A program made the translations under genes and the position numbers. Below the pieces are notes generated by a model, which was given only the letters and a program-made list of their open reading frames with translations, ran no database searches and was not told the DNA's origin. A DNA stretch of 64,000 nt, taken from contig OZ024742.1 of assembly GCA_964016885.1 (NCBI GenBank), positions 217,434,001-217,498,000 on the forward strand. The letters run 5' to 3'. The DNA comes from Eledone cirrhosa (lineage: Eukaryota). This document shows positions 63,831 through 64,000 of this stretch, piece after piece (the first letter of the stretch is position 1; every line of letters starts with the position of its first letter).

Positions 63831-63884
63831 GCACCAATTTGAGATAGAGCACTTGATTCTTATTTCTGTTTTGAATTTAAGTGT

Positions 63885-63918
<34 letters not shown>

Positions 63919-64000
63919 CCGTTATAATGTGTCATATAATTTATTCAAGAACTTGAGCTGGCAATTCATAAATCTGATTCATGGGATAATTTCTCATTGC

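Overview
AT-rich, microsatellite-laden animal genomic DNA; the repeat complement (RTE LINEs with (GAT)n tails, tRNA-derived SINEs, (TA)n arrays) is typical of a cephalopod, probably Octopus (inference). No complete host protein gene is visible. There is one intact tRNA-Gly(CCC) gene and possibly one terminal exon. The rest is nested transposons: about 10 RTE LINE copies (two near full length, with a PHD-type finger inside the RT), two CR1-like LINEs, several Penelope-like elements and non-coding derivatives carrying more than 10 hammerhead ribozyme motifs, a complete but degenerate Ty3/Gypsy element with LTRs and a 5-bp TSD, Sola2-like and mariner remnants, piggyBac-type MITEs and SINEs. Two observations stand out. 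(1) The Gypsy primer-binding site is complementary to the 5'-terminal 12 nt of tRNA-Phe, not to a tRNA 3' end. (2) A retrozyme-like repeat family carries a hammerhead core whose three strands are in a non-circularly permuted (pseudoknotted) order, supported by compensatory changes between two subfamilies. All calls are by eye; no searches or folding programs were run, and boundaries of degenerate elements are approximate.
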